Notes: generated by a model from the sequence alone, not told the origin. 29,007 nucleotides of DNA from an uncultured Candidatus Saccharibacteria bacterium (GCA_964588575.1 CAZPPY010000001.1:1-29007), one strand, 5' to 3'; counted from the first letter of the stretch, positions 8,032 to 17,166 are shown. Made by a program: numbers and translations.

Positions 8032-9246
8032 ATGGTCCGCGTGAGAAAGAGAAGCAAACTTCGAGCATTACTCGTCTCTGTTGCTATTTTCTTGCTTTGC
8101 GGCACATACACCAGCTATGCACTGTTCCGGCCGCTGCCGCCAATCGTGCCGACATCAACCTTCACGTACACGCATACAGCGACATCATTGAACATCAATT
8201 GGCCAGCCAGTGGCGAATCTGCAATTGGCGCCGTGGGTTTCGGCGTCTTGGACATGCACGGTGGCGACACACCTTTACCGACCGCAAGTACCATTAAAAT
8301 ACTAACTGCTCTGGCGGTGCTCGCCCAAAAGCCCCTGCAGCCGGGAGAAGCCGGACCAACCATAGTCCTGACACAGGCCGATGTAGATAGCTATAACAAA
8401 TATCTAAGCGAAGACGGCTCGATCGTCAGAGTAGAAGTCGGTGAACAATTGACTGAATATCAGGCACTTGAGGCCTTATTGCTTCCGTCGGCGAACAATA
8501 TTGCCGAGACGCTGGCGCGCTGGGCATTTGGCTCAATGGATGCCTACAATACGTACGCCAATCAGTATGCCCAAAAGCTCGGCATGACCAATACGACTGT
8601 CACCGACCCAAGCGGTTTTCTGCCAACCACCGTCAGTACACCGCACGATCTGGTACTCCTCGGCGAGGCTGCTATGGCCAATAACGTTGTCAGCACTATT
8701 GTCGGTGAGCAAACGACCACCATTCCCGTACAAGGCATGATCCATAATGTAAACTTTTTGCTCGGCCAGGAAGGCATCATCGGCATCAAAACCGGTAATA
8801 ACGACCAGGATCCTGGCGTGTTTTTATCCGCGGCACAGCACAGCTTGGGCAAGCAAACCGTGACTATCATCGGCGTCGTCATGGGCGGCCCTAGCCTCGT
8901 GACAACGATGCGTAGCAGCCTGCCAATGCTCAGCAGCGCCGGCAGCGGCTTCTCGCTGCTGAAAATCGCCGCTGCCGGCGACACCATTGCTCAATATCAC
9001 ACACCGTGGACGAGCACTATTCATGCCGTCGCCGACAGCGACATAGCAATTGCTGCTTGGCGTAGTAGCACGGTTACCACATCAGTCAGTATGCACCAGC
9101 TGGCAACGCCCAAAGCTGCCGGGACTGTTGCCGGAACGCTCTCTGTTCATGGCAATACGATATATACGACACCAGTCGTCCTTGAGCAAGATATTTCCCG
9201 ACCTTCGATCATCTGGCGCCTGGTACACCCGTTCGTAGAAAAGTAA
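8032..9246 (+). CDS. D-alanyl-D-alanine carboxypeptidase (peptidase S11)
   Basis: SxxK (STIK), SxN (SAN) and KTG motifs; N-terminal TM anchor. Confidence 0.92.
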   Translation: MVRVRKRSKLRALLVSVAIFLLCGTYTSYALFRPLPPIVPTSTFTYTHTATSLNINWPASGESAIGAVGFGVLDMHGGDTPLPTASTIKILTALAVLAQKPLQPGEAGPTIVLTQADVDSYNKYLSEDGSIVRVEVGEQLTEYQALEALLLPSANNIAETLARWAFGSMDAYNTYANQYAQKLGMTNTTVTDPSGFLPTTVSTPHDLVLLGEAAMANNVVSTIVGEQTTTIPVQGMIHNVNFLLGQEGIIGIKTGNNDQDPGVFLSAAQHSLGKQTVTIIGVVMGGPSLVTTMRSSLPMLSSAGSGFSLLKIAAAGDTIAQYHTPWTSTIHAVADSDIAIAAWRSSTVTTSVSMHQLATPKAAGTVAGTLSVHGNTIYTTPVVLEQDISRPSIIWRLVHPFVEK

Positions 9247-9277
9247 AAAGACCCGAGATAGCCCCGGGTCTTTTTAC
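9243..9277. terminator. Bidirectional intrinsic terminator
   Basis: GTAAAAAGACCCG, 9-nt loop, CGGGTCTTTTTAC; contains the carboxypeptidase stop codon and abuts the tRNA-Val CCA. Confidence 0.85.
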
Positions 9278-9354
9278 TGGTGGGTTGTGAGGGATTCGAA
9301 CCCCCGACCCCCTCGGTGTAAACGAGGTGCTCTAGCCAGCTGAGCTAACAACCC
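9278..9354 (-). tRNA. tRNA-Val (TAC)
   Basis: GGGTTGTTAGCTCAGCTGGCTAGAGCACCTCGTTTACACCGAGGGGGTCGGGGGTTCGAATCCCTCACAACCCACCA. Confidence 0.97.
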
Positions 9355-9438
9355 TGGTGCGGACGAGAGGACTTGAACCTCCACACCTTGCGGCACAGCC
9401 ACCTCAAGGCTGCGTGTCTACCATTCCACCACGTCCGC
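9355..9438 (-). tRNA. tRNA-Leu (GAG)
   Basis: GCGGACGTGGTGGAATGGTAGACACGCAGCCTTGAGGTGGCTGTGCCGCAAGGTGTGGAGGTTCAAGTCCTCTCGTCCGCACCA; long variable arm. Confidence 0.97.
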
Positions 9439-9480
9439 GTAATTTGTCAAATGAACTCCAGCAGCACCCTGGAACCCATA

Positions 9481-9494
9481 TATCTTATCTGTTT
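9481..9494 (-). promoter_or_regulatory. Putative tRNA-Leu promoter motif (AAACAGA-TAAGAT-A)
   Basis: Identical 14-mer upstream of the other tRNA-Leu (12692-12705); contains a TAnnnT hexamer. Confidence 0.55.
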
Positions 9495-9514
9495 CCGCTT
9501 AAAAACTCAAGGGG

Positions 9515-9790
9515 TTAACGCGAGGTTTTGGTACGTTTGTTCTGCATACGGCGCTCCGCCCACGATGACACGCCCCGGAACGCTACCACACCCCAAACGG
9601 CATTGATGACAACAGATACGTACGCGCCCTTGGTAAGCGAATAGCTGACCAAGCAGATTGCCGCCACGAAATTGTCCAGCTCGTACCAGAGCGATGTGCC
9701 AGCCCACTTGCCGATGCTTGTGCGCCAAAATGCGAATAACAGCGCGACGCCGCCGATAACACCAATCCAATCGATGAAAGCAAATTGCAT
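9515..9790 (-). CDS. Small membrane protein, CBU_0592-like
   Basis: DWIGVIGG...LLFAF...YxLxN...N(A)VW pattern with 3 TM helices; starts 2 nt after the oxidoreductase stop. Confidence 0.75.
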   Translation of the reverse strand: MQFAFIDWIGVIGGVALLFAFWRTSIGKWAGTSLWYELDNFVAAICLVSYSLTKGAYVSVVINAVWGVVAFRGVSSWAERRMQNKRTKTSR

Positions 9791-9792
9791 GG

Positions 9793-11427
9793 TTAACTTC
9801 TCGGCAAATGATCGTATAAGTGATTTAACGTGTACGTCTGGCGCAAGAGCGGCTTGATATCTTCGGTCGTAACGCCGACTTTGACACCCGGGTTGAGCGT
9901 GCCGTACGGGTCGAAAATCTTTTTCAGTTTCTTGAACAGGCCATAGACTTCGTTGCCGTACATCTTTTCCAGGTATGGGGCCCGAATACGCCCTTCGCCG
10001 TGCTCGCCAGTAATCGTGCCACCCAGGCTTATAACCAATTTGTAGTATTCATCCATCACCCGGAAAGCTGTTTGGCGATCACCAACTTCGCCTAAGTCGA
10101 GATAGGGCTGCACGTGCACGTTCGCGTCGCCGGCGTGCCCCCAGACCGCTGCTTGCAGATGGTTGCGCTCCAGAATGTCATAGATACCCGCCAGGAACGG
10201 TTCGAACTGTTCCAACGGCACCGCGCCGTCCTCGATGATGGGGAGCGCTCGGGCATTGCCACTGCTATGCAGCAGCACTGCCGCCGACGCGTGGCGGATC
10301 TTCCAGATCATCTCCTGCTCCCTAGTATCGGTAACCACCGTGGTCTGTGCCGCCAACTTGTCCAAGACTTTGGCTGCATGGTTCGCGGTGCGTTTTTGTG
10401 AGCGGCCGGTTGCGTCGTACTCGACGAGAAGGACAAACTTGGGATATGGCTGGGCGAGCACGCCCTTCAGCTGCGCCGGGTTAATCGCTGCGACAAGGGA
10501 TAGCAAATTGCCATCCACCACTTCCATGGCACTTGGCGCGGGTTTCGCGGCCCGCAGCGACGACACTGCCGACTGTAATGCTTGCAGCGTGTCAAATGAT
10601 GCCATGACCAAGGTCGTTTCCGGGTTATGCAGTTCCGTCTCAAGTTCGATTTCAGTCACGATCCCGAGCGTCCCCTGCGACCCAACAATCAGCGGCGTCA
10701 GGTCGAATGAGCCGTCTTTGTGTTTGACGTCTAAAATATCGTACCCCGCCGCATTCTTGGTCACGCCGCGCGCCATGTATGCCAGGGTCGATTTGTGCTC
10801 CTCGAGCAACGCGTCCAACGAACGGTAGATTTCGCCCTCGAGTGTCGCCAAGCCGAGCTTCTTGTTCAGTTCGCGTGCCGACAGCCGCCCGGTCGTTATG
10901 ACTTCCCCGTTCGCCAACACGACGCGCAAGCTCTTCACGAAATCCCGCGTGCTGCCATATTTGACGCTCTTTTCGCCCCCAGCGTTGTTGCCGACCGCGC
11001 CACCGAGCGTTGAATATTCCATCGATGCCGGGTATGGCGGCAAAAAGCGCCCATGCGTTTGCAGTGTCTGCTGGAGCTTGCCGTAGTTGATGCCCGGCTC
11101 CACGGTGACCGCGCCCGTCTTGGTATCGAGCTCAAGGATACGGTTCATATGTGCCGGGAATACCATGACGATCCCACTGCCAATTGCCGCGCCGCTCTGG
11201 TCGGTGCCCGCGCCCCGGGCCGTGATCGGCATCACGCGGTTTCTCTCGGCGAGTTGCCAGGTGAAACGCGCAACTTTGCGGACATCGTTTTCGGTCCGCG
11301 GATATACGATAATCGCCGGTTTGATGGTGAATATGCTTGTATCAGTCGCGAAATAATTCCGTGCATCAGTAGAAGTGGTGACTTCGCCGGATACGTGCTC
11401 TTGCAGGTACTGGGCAATTTTGTTCAT
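9793..11427 (-). CDS. FAD-binding oxidoreductase (GlcD / D-lactate dehydrogenase-like)
   Basis: ARGAGTDQSG, STLGGAVGNNAGG, GSQGTLG, GHAGDANVH, GEHGEG. Start set at ATG 11427 (MNKIAQYL) because the longer start lies inside the promoter motif. Confidence 0.9.
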   Translation of the reverse strand: MNKIAQYLQEHVSGEVTTSTDARNYFATDTSIFTIKPAIIVYPRTENDVRKVARFTWQLAERNRVMPITARGAGTDQSGAAIGSGIVMVFPAHMNRILELDTKTGAVTVEPGINYGKLQQTLQTHGRFLPPYPASMEYSTLGGAVGNNAGGEKSVKYGSTRDFVKSLRVVLANGEVITTGRLSARELNKKLGLATLEGEIYRSLDALLEEHKSTLAYMARGVTKNAAGYDILDVKHKDGSFDLTPLIVGSQGTLGIVTEIELETELHNPETTLVMASFDTLQALQSAVSSLRAAKPAPSAMEVVDGNLLSLVAAINPAQLKGVLAQPYPKFVLLVEYDATGRSQKRTANHAAKVLDKLAAQTTVVTDTREQEMIWKIRHASAAVLLHSSGNARALPIIEDGAVPLEQFEPFLAGIYDILERNHLQAAVWGHAGDANVHVQPYLDLGEVGDRQTAFRVMDEYYKLVISLGGTITGEHGEGRIRAPYLEKMYGNEVYGLFKKLKKIFDPYGTLNPGVKVGVTTEDIKPLLRQTYTLNHLYDHLPRS

Positions 11428-11564
11428 CTGTTCTCGCTGTTTCTCCCCAAGCGGGTAAGCATGTTGTTCTACCTCGTATGATAGCACACAACGCTTATGT
11501 TCAGGTTGATTGTATTGTATAATTTCTTACAGTTAACTGATAAGTAATGATATACCGTGCCACC

Positions 11565-12200
11565 ATGGCTAACCAGAATAGAACCACATCGTACACTAAT
11601 GGTCACGTCGCCTTCTTTTATGCGACTCTCGCGGAACGCACGAAGCTGCTCGCGCAATACCTCAAAGAAGGCCTAGCGGCAAACGAGCTATGCGTGCTGT
11701 CGACTCCTGGGTCGCCTGGGCAAACGGTAGACGCGCTGCATATGGCCGGGCTTGACGCAAAAGATGCGTACGACCGAGGTGATTTACGAATCGTAGGCAT
11801 GTACCAGACATATATGCCCGACGGCGATTTCATGCCCGACACTATGCTCGAAAACGTTGTCGGCTTCATAGAGGATTCGGCCGCCAAAGGATATACCGGT
11901 CTTCGGGCTGCCGGCGAAATGCGCTGGATCAACGTCTATCCCGACCTCCAACACCAGGCGTCCCTGTATGAAACGAATGTCAACGGTATGTGTGGCATAC
12001 ATCGTGACTTCCTCGGACTATGCATGTACCCGCTCCTCGATGAATCCATCCCTATCCTACAAAGCGCCTTGCGCACACACCCCGCGTTTATCTATGACGG
12101 CCACATGCGCATTAACCCCTATGCCGGCGATGCCAGTACAGAAGAGCTTGAGAATGTCGACAGCATGCCTGCGTTCACTTCGCTGCTGTCTTGCACTTAG
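11565..12200 (+). CDS. Stand-alone MEDS (methanogen/methylotroph DcmR sensory) domain protein
   Basis: HVAFFY...YLKEGL...GYTGLRAAGEMRW...YE..VN...LCMYP...ALRTHP pattern; TATAAT at 11518-11523. Alternative start 11547. Confidence 0.82.
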   Translation: MANQNRTTSYTNGHVAFFYATLAERTKLLAQYLKEGLAANELCVLSTPGSPGQTVDALHMAGLDAKDAYDRGDLRIVGMYQTYMPDGDFMPDTMLENVVGFIEDSAAKGYTGLRAAGEMRWINVYPDLQHQASLYETNVNGMCGIHRDFLGLCMYPLLDESIPILQSALRTHPAFIYDGHMRINPYAGDASTEELENVDSMPAFTSLLSCT

Positions 12201-12406
12201 GCTTACCCCCTACGAACATGCGATGCCACCATACGTGACCGCTAGCCGCGAAAGGGTATGGTTCGTGTCTTTGGCGAGAGAGGACTCCCCGTCATACGCC
12301 TGGGCAAACATTCTTGCTTGGATGGCAAAAATACATGAGACGGCCAAGGGTGGAAAACTCAAGCGGCCACCGGTCGTTTTCGACCAAGGTTCGAGTTCTC
12401 CGGAAC

Positions 12407-12443
12407 AATATAAAATACCCGGCAAAACCGGGTATTTTATATT
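12407..12443. terminator. 16-bp-arm hairpin directly after the tRNA-Leu(CAG) CCA
   Basis: AATATAAAATACCCGG-caaaa-CCGGGTATTTTATATT. Confidence 0.75.
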
Positions 12444-12526
12444 GGTGCGCGAGAGAGGACTCGAACCTCCACACCTTGCGGCACTAGTACCTGAAACTAG
12501 CGCGTCTACCATTCCGCCACTCGCGC
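12443..12526 (-). tRNA. tRNA-Leu (CAG)
   Basis: GCGCGAGTGGCGGAATGGTAGACGCGCTAGTTTCAGGTACTAGTGCCGCAAGGTGTGGAGGTTCGAGTCCTCTCTCGCGCACCA. Confidence 0.97.
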
Positions 12527-12593
12527 ACGTCGGAACCTACACATAAGCCTCATTTTGCCATAAACGGCAAAAGCTTCGGCCTATTGCTATGTT

Positions 12594-12655
12594 CCTCCTC
12601 TCAAAATTGCATTCAGTCGTCCGCCAACCGGCGGACTCCTTGGATTGCAATTTTG
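12594..12655. repeat. Dispersed hairpin element, copy 2 (tRNA-Leu CAG 5' leader)
   Basis: cctcctctcaaaattGcattcagtcg-tccgccaaccggcgga-ctccttggattgCaattttg; matches 1799-1850. Confidence 0.85.
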
Positions 12656-12836
12656 CTTTAGCCGCAAAGAACAATTTGCTCAGAACGAGATTATCTTATC
12701 TGTTTTGGCGCTAAAACGCAAGCTTGTCGTATGTATAAATGTGCTCGTTCTGTCACTTCAGTTGCCCGGAAAAGGCAGATCGAGCCGCATTGCAACCTAA
12801 GACAGAACCTACTTGAGCGCAACAGGTTTTGTTTCT

Positions 12837-14615
12837 TTACCTTGTTACCCAGCCGCGGTGTATCATCCAGTCCTGGACATTGCGGAAACGCTCGGCGTCG
12901 GTATTGATCTGCCCGGCCGGCAAGCCATATATAACCGCGTGCGAAATGTACAGGAATCTTGGCTGGTACAAACCGAGCGCCGGGGCGTCCTGCAACCATG
13001 CTTTCAAGAATGACTGGTACTTCAGGCTGCGCAGCGTGGGATCCAGCCTCGTCCGGGCCGCTTCGAGCGACACATCGGTCGTGGAGGACGCGTATTCGGA
13101 GAAGTTGAACCGGTGCGCAGAGCGTACATCCGCCTGCGAGCTGTCCCAATATACGAACACATCCGGGTCGACGCCAATCGATACCCCATACAACACCGCA
13201 TCGTAGGAATGCTGGGTCAGGATAGACTGGAAATCGGCTGGCGATTGGGCTGATACCTGGGCGTCCACGCCAATTGCCCGCCATTGGCTCTGCAAAGCAG
13301 CCGCGACGGCCATGTAGTCATGGCTGCTTGGCACGGCCAATGTAAAACTTAGGCGCTGGCCGTGCTTCGTTACTATGCCGTCTGCGCCGGCCTGCCAGCC
13401 CGCACTCTTGAGGAGCGCCTTCGCCCGGGCATTGTTCGTGGTAGCCTGCGCGTATTTTTTCGTATAGCCAAGCTGGCCCTTCAACAATGGCTCATCCACG
13501 GGAATCGCCATGTAGCCAAGCTGGCCCACAACCGCCGCACGGTCGCTGCTGGCGACCAACGCCTGCCGTACTTTCATGTCGCGGAACAACGGGGTAGTTG
13601 TCTTGAAGAACACGTACACCCCGGCGGTCAACGGCAGGCTGTACACCTGTGATGAGGTATCTTTGGCGATTGCGTCTGGAACGCTATCAAGCCCAGCCAT
13701 GGCGGTAAGTTCCCTGTTCTGGTACGCATGGATCATGTCGTTTTCGTCGGCAAATGCATAGATATTGAACGCGCTTAATTTCGGCTCTCCCGCCCAGTAG
13801 TGGCTGAACGGCACGAGGCTGATTTGCGCTTCGGTTGAATCGCTTACCCCGGTTACGCCGATCGAATGCCACATGAATGGACCCGACCCGACCGGGTTAT
13901 TGGTATTGAACGGCGCCGACCGCAAGTCGACAACATTGGTCGATTTCAAGACATGCTCGGGCACGATGCCATTCGTCAGGCTGTACGGGAACGAGCTGAG
14001 CGGGTTCGGCAAAGTGAATGTCACCGTCAACGCGTCCTTGGCCGCAACTTTTACTCCTTGGAAACTACCAAATAGCGGCGATTCGGCATCAGGGTCTTGA
14101 ATCGTCTGGTAGGTGAACACAACGTCAGCCGCCGTCAACGGTTTGCTGTCGTGCCAGGTCAGCCCCGGCCGCAAACGCACCGTGTACACCATGCAGCTTT
14201 TATCAGCGGACCACGACTGTGCCAAATTGCCCACCAGCTGGTCCTGGCTGTTAAATGTTAGGAGCCCCGAAAACAAAAGCCTGGCCACGCTCGTATCGAC
14301 GTCGCTGACCGCGTACAACGGGCTGGCCGTCGTGAACGAACCATTAATGCCTTCTGAATAGATTCCGCCGGGGACCGGTTGCAAGACCTGGTAGTATGGG
14401 CGCAAATTGATTATTTGCAGGCCTGCAATCCCCCCGAGCAACAATACGAGCGCGACCCACGCGAACGCGAACCGCCAGACCTGTTTCAGGTGGCTAAGGC
14501 GCTCCAGGAAATTTTGCTCGAACTGCTCGCCAGCCTCATGGCTGATGTTTTCGACTTGCGAAGCACGGCGCCGCCACAAGCGGCGGATGCGGAGTTTGAA
14601 ACGGTGTGGGCTCAT
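12837..14615 (-). CDS. ABC transporter substrate-binding protein, family 5 (OppA/DppA-like)
   Basis: WHDSKPLTAADVVFT, PVGSGPF, KVRQAL, DPDVFVYWDSSQ; basic N-terminus followed by a TM anchor. No permease genes adjacent. Confidence 0.92.
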   Translation of the reverse strand: MSPHRFKLRIRRLWRRRASQVENISHEAGEQFEQNFLERLSHLKQVWRFAFAWVALVLLLGGIAGLQIINLRPYYQVLQPVPGGIYSEGINGSFTTASPLYAVSDVDTSVARLLFSGLLTFNSQDQLVGNLAQSWSADKSCMVYTVRLRPGLTWHDSKPLTAADVVFTYQTIQDPDAESPLFGSFQGVKVAAKDALTVTFTLPNPLSSFPYSLTNGIVPEHVLKSTNVVDLRSAPFNTNNPVGSGPFMWHSIGVTGVSDSTEAQISLVPFSHYWAGEPKLSAFNIYAFADENDMIHAYQNRELTAMAGLDSVPDAIAKDTSSQVYSLPLTAGVYVFFKTTTPLFRDMKVRQALVASSDRAAVVGQLGYMAIPVDEPLLKGQLGYTKKYAQATTNNARAKALLKSAGWQAGADGIVTKHGQRLSFTLAVPSSHDYMAVAAALQSQWRAIGVDAQVSAQSPADFQSILTQHSYDAVLYGVSIGVDPDVFVYWDSSQADVRSAHRFNFSEYASSTTDVSLEAARTRLDPTLRSLKYQSFLKAWLQDAPALGLYQPRFLYISHAVIYGLPAGQINTDAERFRNVQDWMIHRGWVTR

Positions 14616-14635
14616 AGATCCCTTGAAATAACAGC

Positions 14636-14848
14636 TTACCCGAAGATTCCCAGGACAAGCGACAGCGCGAACACTACCGCTGTGATAATGGTTATTTGGA
14701 AAATCGTCTTGTCGGTACCGCGCCGGGTTGTGTTGATTTCTCCGGTGCCACCGAGCCCCGCGCCAAGGCTGGCACCGCGCGTCTGCACAAGTATAAGGAC
14801 CGTCATGAGCAGCATCGACGCAAGGGTCAGGTAGTTAAAGATCGTCAT
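14636..14848 (-). CDS. secG: Preprotein translocase subunit SecG
   Basis: Two TM helices with ILVQTRGASLGAGLGG...TRRGTDK; 70 aa. Confidence 0.92.
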   Translation of the reverse strand: MTIFNYLTLASMLLMTVLILVQTRGASLGAGLGGTGEINTTRRGTDKTIFQITIITAVVFALSLVLGIFG

Positions 14849-15203
14849 GTTCTTTCTCCTCCAAAATGGCTGTTACCAGATAGTTTACCAGCCCGATGAT
14901 AATCCCCGCAACTATTGCCGCCCAGAAACTCGTGATATGGAGCGGCGGGTAGAGCACGCTGGCGAGATAGACGACGAGGCCGTTGACTACCAGGAGGAAC
15001 AAACCAAGTGTCAGGATGATTGCCGGCAATGAGAAAATAACAAGTACCGGTTTGATTAACATGTTAAGTACCGCCAATATGAAACCGGCTCCGATAATCG
15101 CGCCGGCGCTGTTGCCGTAGCTGATGTTGCTGCTCAGGAGCGCAGCCGCAAACCAGAGACCCAGGCTGCTGCCCAGCCACCGCAAAAGGAAGCGCTTTAC
15201 CAT
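14835..15203 (-). CDS. YvlD / 4-TM 'phage holin family' membrane protein
   Basis: LNMLIKPVLVIFSLPAIILTLGLFLLVVNG family signature; overlaps secG by 14 nt. Confidence 0.88.
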   Translation of the reverse strand: MVKRFLLRWLGSSLGLWFAAALLSSNISYGNSAGAIIGAGFILAVLNMLIKPVLVIFSLPAIILTLGLFLLVVNGLVVYLASVLYPPLHITSFWAAIVAGIIIGLVNYLVTAILEEKEHDDL

Positions 15204-15239
15204 ACGTACTATTGTACTAGCACCGCGCTTGCCTGCAAA

Positions 15240-16462
15240 TCATACCAGCATGCGCGGCAGCGCGGCAGACAAAACCTTGGCGCCAGTTTCAGTTATGACC
15301 ACGTCTTCTTCGATTCGCACGCCAATGTTTTCCTCTGGAATGTAAATCCCGGGCTCAATCGTAACGACCATGTTCGCCTCCAAGGGCTGCTGGTAATCGC
15401 CGGCGTCGTGCACGTCCAGCCCTAGGAAATGCGGGGCATGCGGGTAATATTGCTTGATGGATTCTTCGCTGATAACCTTTATCAGCCCAAGCGCGCGCAG
15501 CTTTTCGCCCATGAAATACCGGAGTTGCTGTTCATAGAATGCATAGCTGGCGCCGGGCTTCAGTTGGTTGATGCCAAATTCCAAGGCTTCATTGACCGCC
15601 GCCACGATATCCCGTTGGCGCTTGGTCGCTTTGCCCTTCACGACGGTGCGCGTGATATCCGCCACATAGTGGTCAACCTCGGCACCTACATCCATGACTA
15701 TCAACTCATTTATGCCGATCGTGGCGTTGTTGTCCGTGTTATGCAACACGCAAGCCCGTTTGCCGCCCGCAACGATCGGCTGGAATGCATGGCCGGCCGC
15801 GCCGCGTTTGCGTATGCCGGCCGCGAACGCCGCTTCTAGCTGGTATTCGTGCGTGTAGCCGTCAAGCTTCGGCTGCCGCGTAGATTCCTTGATTGCAGCG
15901 AGCGTTATATCGACGGCCTTTTGGATGGCCGCGAGCTCCTCGGGCTGTTTCGTCATGCGCATGCGCACCATGTGCTGCCGCAAATCAAGCAGCTCGATAC
16001 TCCCGTTCATTTCTTGCATCCTGCTCATCAGTTCAGCCCGCGCCGGGTTGGTATACATTCCAAGAACATCGATGTATTTCGGGTTGGCAGCGACCGTGGC
16101 GGCGTGGCGGACCCGCTCAAGCCGCGAAGCCAACAGCTTCCATCCAGCTTTTTCACCCACAACGGTATCGATCCCTGATATTTGCCGCAATGCGTCAATA
16201 TCGTAGGCGCCATCGAACAAATTCTTCACGTCACCGCGGTCTCGAAGAATTATGTATTCTTTGTCCTTGTCCATGACGAGGACCGCGTCCGGTTCGTCAA
16301 TGCCGGTAAGATACCAGAAATTGCGGTCCTGGTGGAACGGATAGGCCTCATCCCCAGCCTTTTGCAACGACCCGTTAGCTGTTATCACAATCGGGGCAGA
16401 CCCGTAAACAGCTCCCTCAGCTTCCGGCGATTGCCCGCGAAAAAGCCGCTCGTAAAGCTCAT
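15240..16462 (-). CDS. pepP: Xaa-Pro aminopeptidase (M24B) with an apparent 1-bp frameshift near 16402
   Basis: Metal ligands in DVG, DITRT, HFLGLDVHD, TIEPG, RIEED. ATG 16462 (GAGGT RBS) reads MSFTSGFFAGNRRKLRELFTG; one extra G joins it to SAPIVITANG in the 16388 frame. Confidence 0.88.
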
Positions 16463-16584
16463 ATATACCTCATCACCTCTTCTAAGCTATCCAGTATAGC
16501 AAATAATGCAAGCCCGTTCCGCGGCAATACCCCGAGTACCTATGGTATTCCGCCTAGTTATCCACAGCCCGAAAAAGCCTGAGC

Positions 16585-17166
16585 CTAGTGGATGATGCTA
16601 TGCTTGGCAAATTGCAAAAGGCCGCTGTAGTGCGAAGCAAACAGCCAAATATCGACGGCGAGCAGGGCGGGGATCACCATCAAATGTTCTTCCCATTTGC
16701 CCGTCGTCACGCGCAGGTGCTTCAACGGCGGGATGCCGAATTTAATGGGAATCGGCAGCAGCCACGGCACGCCTTCTTTGGTAAAGGTGTCCATTACCAG
16801 GTGCGATACCAGCCCGACCATGAACGCGTACCATATCAATCCGATGTCAGCGTGCGGCATCAACGGCTGCAAGAAATGCAGCAACACATTCGCCAAAAAG
16901 CCGAATATCACCAACCCGATAATTGAATGACTTAGGAACCGATGGCCGCCAACGAGCACGTCGAATACTTTGCCAAATACCCTGCCAACCGGCAAGTTGC
17001 GCCATAACGGCGCGGTTGGCTGGTCGATGTCCGGCACGATGCCGCCGATTTGGTTTGCCAAAACGCCAATAAAGACCGTTGACAATGCCAATGGCTGGGC
17101 ATGCCAAGCTAACGCCGCCAGCCCAAGCGCCGTGATCGCAGCAAGATCGTGGGTCCGTGCCGTCAT
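16585..17166 (-). CDS. Metal-dependent hydrolase, YdjM family (inner membrane)
   Basis: MTARTH, PDID, HRFLSHS, SHLVMDTFTKEGVP motifs. Confidence 0.9.
   Translation of the reverse strand: MTARTHDLAAITALGLAALAWHAQPLALSTVFIGVLANQIGGIVPDIDQPTAPLWRNLPVGRVFGKVFDVLVGGHRFLSHSIIGLVIFGFLANVLLHFLQPLMPHADIGLIWYAFMVGLVSHLVMDTFTKEGVPWLLPIPIKFGIPPLKHLRVTTGKWEEHLMVIPALLAVDIWLFASHYSGLLQFAKHSIIH

Noticed and set aside
11968-12546. ORFs spanning the tRNA-Leu region (11968-12546 +, 12210-12512 -, 12292-12474 -)
   Set aside because: They run through a tRNA gene and its terminator, and the translations are not protein-like.
14835-15203. 'Holin' as evidence of a prophage
   Set aside because: The YvlD-type family is common in cellular contexts. 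It is coupled to secG, and no phage structural, lysin or integrase genes are nearby.
16558-16566. Perfect DnaA box TTATCCACA in an intergenic spacer
   Set aside because: I saw only one box, with no AT-rich unwinding element or dnaA context, so there is no support for an origin.
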